From positions 50,483-114,482 of the forward strand of contig JBMNOF010000002.1 in the NCBI GenBank assembly GCA_050942925.1: a stretch of DNA of 64,000 nucleotides, in the 5' to 3' direction. The stretch's first letter is position 1, and every line of letters begins with the position of its first letter. Position numbers and translations under genes: made by a program. Below the pieces are notes generated by a model. The model was not told the DNA's origin. It saw only the letters and a list, made by a program, of their open reading frames with translations, and searched no databases. The DNA is from Candidatus Spyradocola sp. (lineage in GTDB: Bacteria > Bacillota > Clostridia > Christensenellales > UBA1750). Positions 61,377-64,000 of the stretch are shown piece by piece.

Positions 61377-64000
61377 ATGGTCCATGCGGTTCAGATGGGA
61401 AAGCGCACGAGGATGAGTTTTTCCAAGATCGAAGAAGTCCTGGAAATGCCCAACCTGATCGAGGTGCAGAAGAACTCTTACGAGCGCTTTCTGAAGGAAG
61501 ACCTCCGCGAGGTGCTCAGAGACATTTCTCCCATTACCGACTTTTCGGAAAACCTGGTGCTGGAGTTCACCGACTACTCCCTCGATGAAACGCCCAAGTA
61601 CACCGAGGAGCGCTGCAAGGAGCGGGACTACACCTACGCCACGGCTCTTCGCGTGAACGTCCGCCTGATGAACAAGGAGACGGGCGAAATCAAGGAGCAG
61701 GAGGTCTTCATGGGCGATTTCCCGCTCATGACCGCCTCGGGCACCTTCATCATCAACGGCGCCGAGCGCGTCATCGTCTCCCAGCTCGTGCGTTCGCCCG
61801 GCGTGTACTACGCCAAGACCATCGACAAGACTGGCAAGCCCCTCTACGCCACCACCGTCATCCCGGGCCGCGGTGCCTGGCTGGAGTATGAAACCGACTC
61901 CAACGACGTGATGTGGGTGCGCATTGACCGCACGAGAAAGCTGCCCATGACCGTCCTGCTGCGCGCCCTGGGCTACGGCACGGACAACGAGATCCTCGAC
62001 CTGCTGGGCAACGAGGAGCACCTGCTGGCCACCATCGAGCGCGATACCGCAAAGAGCGTGGACACGGGCCTTCTTGAGGTCTACAAGAAGCTGCGCCCCG
62101 GCGAGCCGCCGACAGTGGAGACGGCCAATTCCCTGGTCAACGGCCTGTTCTTCGACCCGAAGCGCTACGATCTTGCCAAGGTGGGCCGCTATAAGTTCAA
62201 CAAGAAGCTGGCGCTGTCCGCGCGCATCGCGGGCGGCATTGCCGCCGAGGACGTCGTCCACCCCGACACGGGCGAAATCCTCGTTTCCGCCGGCAACACC
62301 ATCTCCCGCGAGATGGCCGAAACCATCCAGAACGCCGGCATCAACTGCGTCGTTTTGCACGTGGAAAACGAAAAGGGCGCCTTTGACATCAAGGTTCTGG
62401 GCAACAACTTTGCCGACGCTTCCGCCTTCCTCTCCTTTGACCCGGAGGAAGTGGGCATCACCGAGAAGGTCCACGTCCCGACCCTTCGCGCCCTCATGGC
62501 CGAAAACGAGGACGAGGAGAGCCTGAAGGCCGCCATCCGGCAGAACATCGACAACCTCATCCCCAAGCACATTTACGTCGACGACGTTGTGGCGTCCATG
62601 AGCTATGTCATCGGCCTCAACTATGGCATCGGCACCATCGACGACATCGACCACCTGGGCAACCGCCGCCTGCGCTCGGTGGGCGAGCTCCTGCAGAACC
62701 AGATCCGCATCGGTCTGTCCCGCCTGGAGCGCACGGTCAAGGAGCGCATGGCGATCACGGATCTGGACGTTGTCACGCCGCAGGCCCTCATCAACATCCG
62801 CCCGGTTTCCGCCGCCATCAAGGAGTTCTTCGGCTCCTCCCAGCTCTCGCAGTTCCTGGATCAGCCCAACCCCCTGGCGGAACTGACGAACAAGCGCCGC
62901 ACCTCGGCCCTGGGCCCGGGCGGCCTCAACCGCGACCGCGCCTCCATGGATGTCCGCGACGTGCACCACTCGCACTACTCGCGCCTGTGCCCCATCGAGA
63001 CGCCGGAAGGTCCGAACATCGGTTTGATCGGCGCGCTGGCGACCTACGCCCGCGTCAACCGCTACGGCTTCATCGAGGCGCCCTATCGCCGCGTCGACCA
63101 GGTCGCCAAGCGCGTGACGGACGAAGTCCGCTACATGACGGCGGACGAAGAGGAAAACTACATCATCACCCAGGCCAACGAGCCCTTGGATGAGAACCAC
63201 TGGTTCGTCCACGAGCGCGTCACCGCGCGCAGCCGCGAGGACACGGTCGAAATCGACCGCAACCAGATCGACTACATGGACGTCAGCCCGCAGCAGCTGG
63301 TCTCCGTCGCGTCGGCCATGATCCCCTTCCTGGAAAACGACGACGCGAACCGCGCTCTGATGGGCGCCAACATGCAGCGCCAGGCGGTTCCGCTGCTGAC
63401 CACCGACGCCCCGGTCGTCGCCACCGGCATCGAGTACCGCGCGGCCTGCGACTCCGGCGTCTGCATCCTGGCCAAGCGCGACGGCGTGGTGGAGAAGGTC
63501 GCCGCCGACCAGATCATCATCCGCGGCGACGACGGCGTGCGCGATACGCACAAGCTCATTAAGTTCACGCGCTCCAACCAGTCCACCTGCATCAACCAGC
63601 GCCCCATCGTTTCCGCGGGCGAGCGCGTGGCAAAGGGCCAGGTCATCGCCGACGGCCAGTCGACGGACCAGGGCGAGATCGCCTTGGGCAAGAACGTCCT
63701 GATGGCGTTCATGACCTGGGAAGGCTATAACTACGAGGACGCCATCCTGATCTCGGAAAAGATGGTCAAGGACGACATCCTGACCTCCATCCACATGGAG
63801 GAGTACGAGACCGAGGCCCGCGACACGAAGCTCGGGCCGGAGGAGATCACCGCGGACATCCCGAACGTGGGCGAGGACGCCCTGCGCGACCTGGACGACC
63901 GCGGCATCATCCGCATCGGCGCCGAAGTCCGCGCCGGCGACATCCTCGTTGGCAAGGTCACGCCCAAGGGCGAGACGGAGCTCACCGCCGAGGAGCGCCT
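61377..64000 (+). CDS. rpoB: DNA-directed RNA polymerase subunit beta, 5' part (continues past the right window edge)
   Basis: Not in the ORF track because it has no stop in the window. My own translation from the ATG at 61377 (RBS AGGAGAGGTGAG) gives [39 protein letters not shown]...[33 protein letters not shown], unmistakably RpoB. Confidence 0.95.
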   Translation, partial: MVHAVQMGKRTRMSFSKIEEVLEMPNLIEVQKNSYERFLKEDLREVLRDISPITDFSENLVLEFTDYSLDETPKYTEERCKERDYTYATALRVNVRLMNKETGEIKEQEVFMGDFPLMTASGTFIINGAERVIVSQLVRSPGVYYAKTIDKTGKPLYATTVIPGRGAWLEYETDSNDVMWVRIDRTRKLPMTVLLRALGYGTDNEILDLLGNEEHLLATIERDTAKSVDTGLLEVYKKLRPGEPPTVETANSLVNGLFFDPKRYDLAKVGRYKFNKKLALSARIAGGIAAEDVVHPDTGEILVSAGNTISREMAETIQNAGINCVVLHVENEKGAFDIKVLGNNFADASAFLSFDPEEVGITEKVHVPTLRALMAENEDEESLKAAIRQNIDNLIPKHIYVDDVVASMSYVIGLNYGIGTIDDIDHLGNRRLRSVGELLQNQIRIGLSRLERTVKERMAITDLDVVTPQALINIRPVSAAIKEFFGSSQLSQFLDQPNPLAELTNKRRTSALGPGGLNRDRASMDVRDVHHSHYSRLCPIETPEGPNIGLIGALATYARVNRYGFIEAPYRRVDQVAKRVTDEVRYMTADEEENYIITQANEPLDENHWFVHERVTARSREDTVEIDRNQIDYMDVSPQQLVSVASAMIPFLENDDANRALMGANMQRQAVPLLTTDAPVVATGIEYRAACDSGVCILAKRDGVVEKVAADQIIIRGDDGVRDTHKLIKFTRSNQSTCINQRPIVSAGERVAKGQVIADGQSTDQGEIALGKNVLMAFMTWEGYNYEDAILISEKMVKDDILTSIHMEEYETEARDTKLGPEEITADIPNVGEDALRDLDDRGIIRIGAEVRAGDILVGKVTPKGETELTAEER

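Noticed and set aside
61278-63794. 838-aa minus-strand ORF
   Set aside because: It is antisense to rpoB. The plus-strand frame from 61377 gives canonical RpoB sequence.
1-64000. Search for mobile elements, prophage genes, CRISPR arrays, rRNA and tRNA genes
   Set aside because: No transposase, integrase, recombinase or phage structural motifs were seen in any credible ORF. There are no arrays of spaced direct repeats and no rRNA or tRNA signatures. AT-rich islands coincide with promoters and intergenic regions rather than with insertions.

Overview
GC-rich chromosomal segment that resembles a Clostridia (Oscillospiraceae-like) Firmicute. This is an inference from protein families, GGAGG-type RBS usage and the radA-yacL gene order, and I could not verify it. 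I support about 58 protein-coding genes. They are densely packed and many are translationally coupled through ATGA/GTGA/TTGA stop-start overlaps. The content is mainly housekeeping and carbohydrate or sugar-acid metabolism:
- Glycoside hydrolases: GH26 mannanase, GH29 fucosidase, GH13 amylase-family enzyme and a GHL6/GH42-like hydrolase.
- Sugar-acid genes: kdgK, uxuA, an IlvD/Edd-family dehydratase and a mannitol-dehydrogenase-family enzyme.
- Regulators: IclR, DtxR/MntR, AraC, an ECF sigma/anti-sigma pair, and an AraC-type response regulator with a YesM-type kinase and a sugar-binding lipoprotein.
- Core genes: radA, yacL, htpG, and the 5' part of rpoB.
- Others: a MoxR-DUF58-transglutaminase module, a SWIM-SNF2 helicase, two MATE exporters, four GNAT acetyltransferases, and several HD and metallophosphoesterase proteins.

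I saw no rRNA, tRNA, CRISPR array, transposase, integrase or phage gene. Many long antisense shadow ORFs in the track are GC artefacts.

I did not find a convincing novel multi-gene system such as a defence island. The best candidates for something undescribed are non-coding or architectural:
1. An orphan promoter-to-terminator structured RNA candidate of about 300 nt at 49118-49449.
2. A 93-nt cloverleaf-like nest of palindromes at 25199-25291.
3. A perfect CIRCE operator placed upstream of htpG.
4. Unusual proteins: a phosphoesterase-methyltransferase fusion, a stand-alone 83-aa Dak/YloV-like module, an E2-like acyltransferase with Glu in place of the catalytic His, and a His/Cys-rich insert in HtpG.

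All functional calls rest on reading motifs in the translations. No database search was possible.
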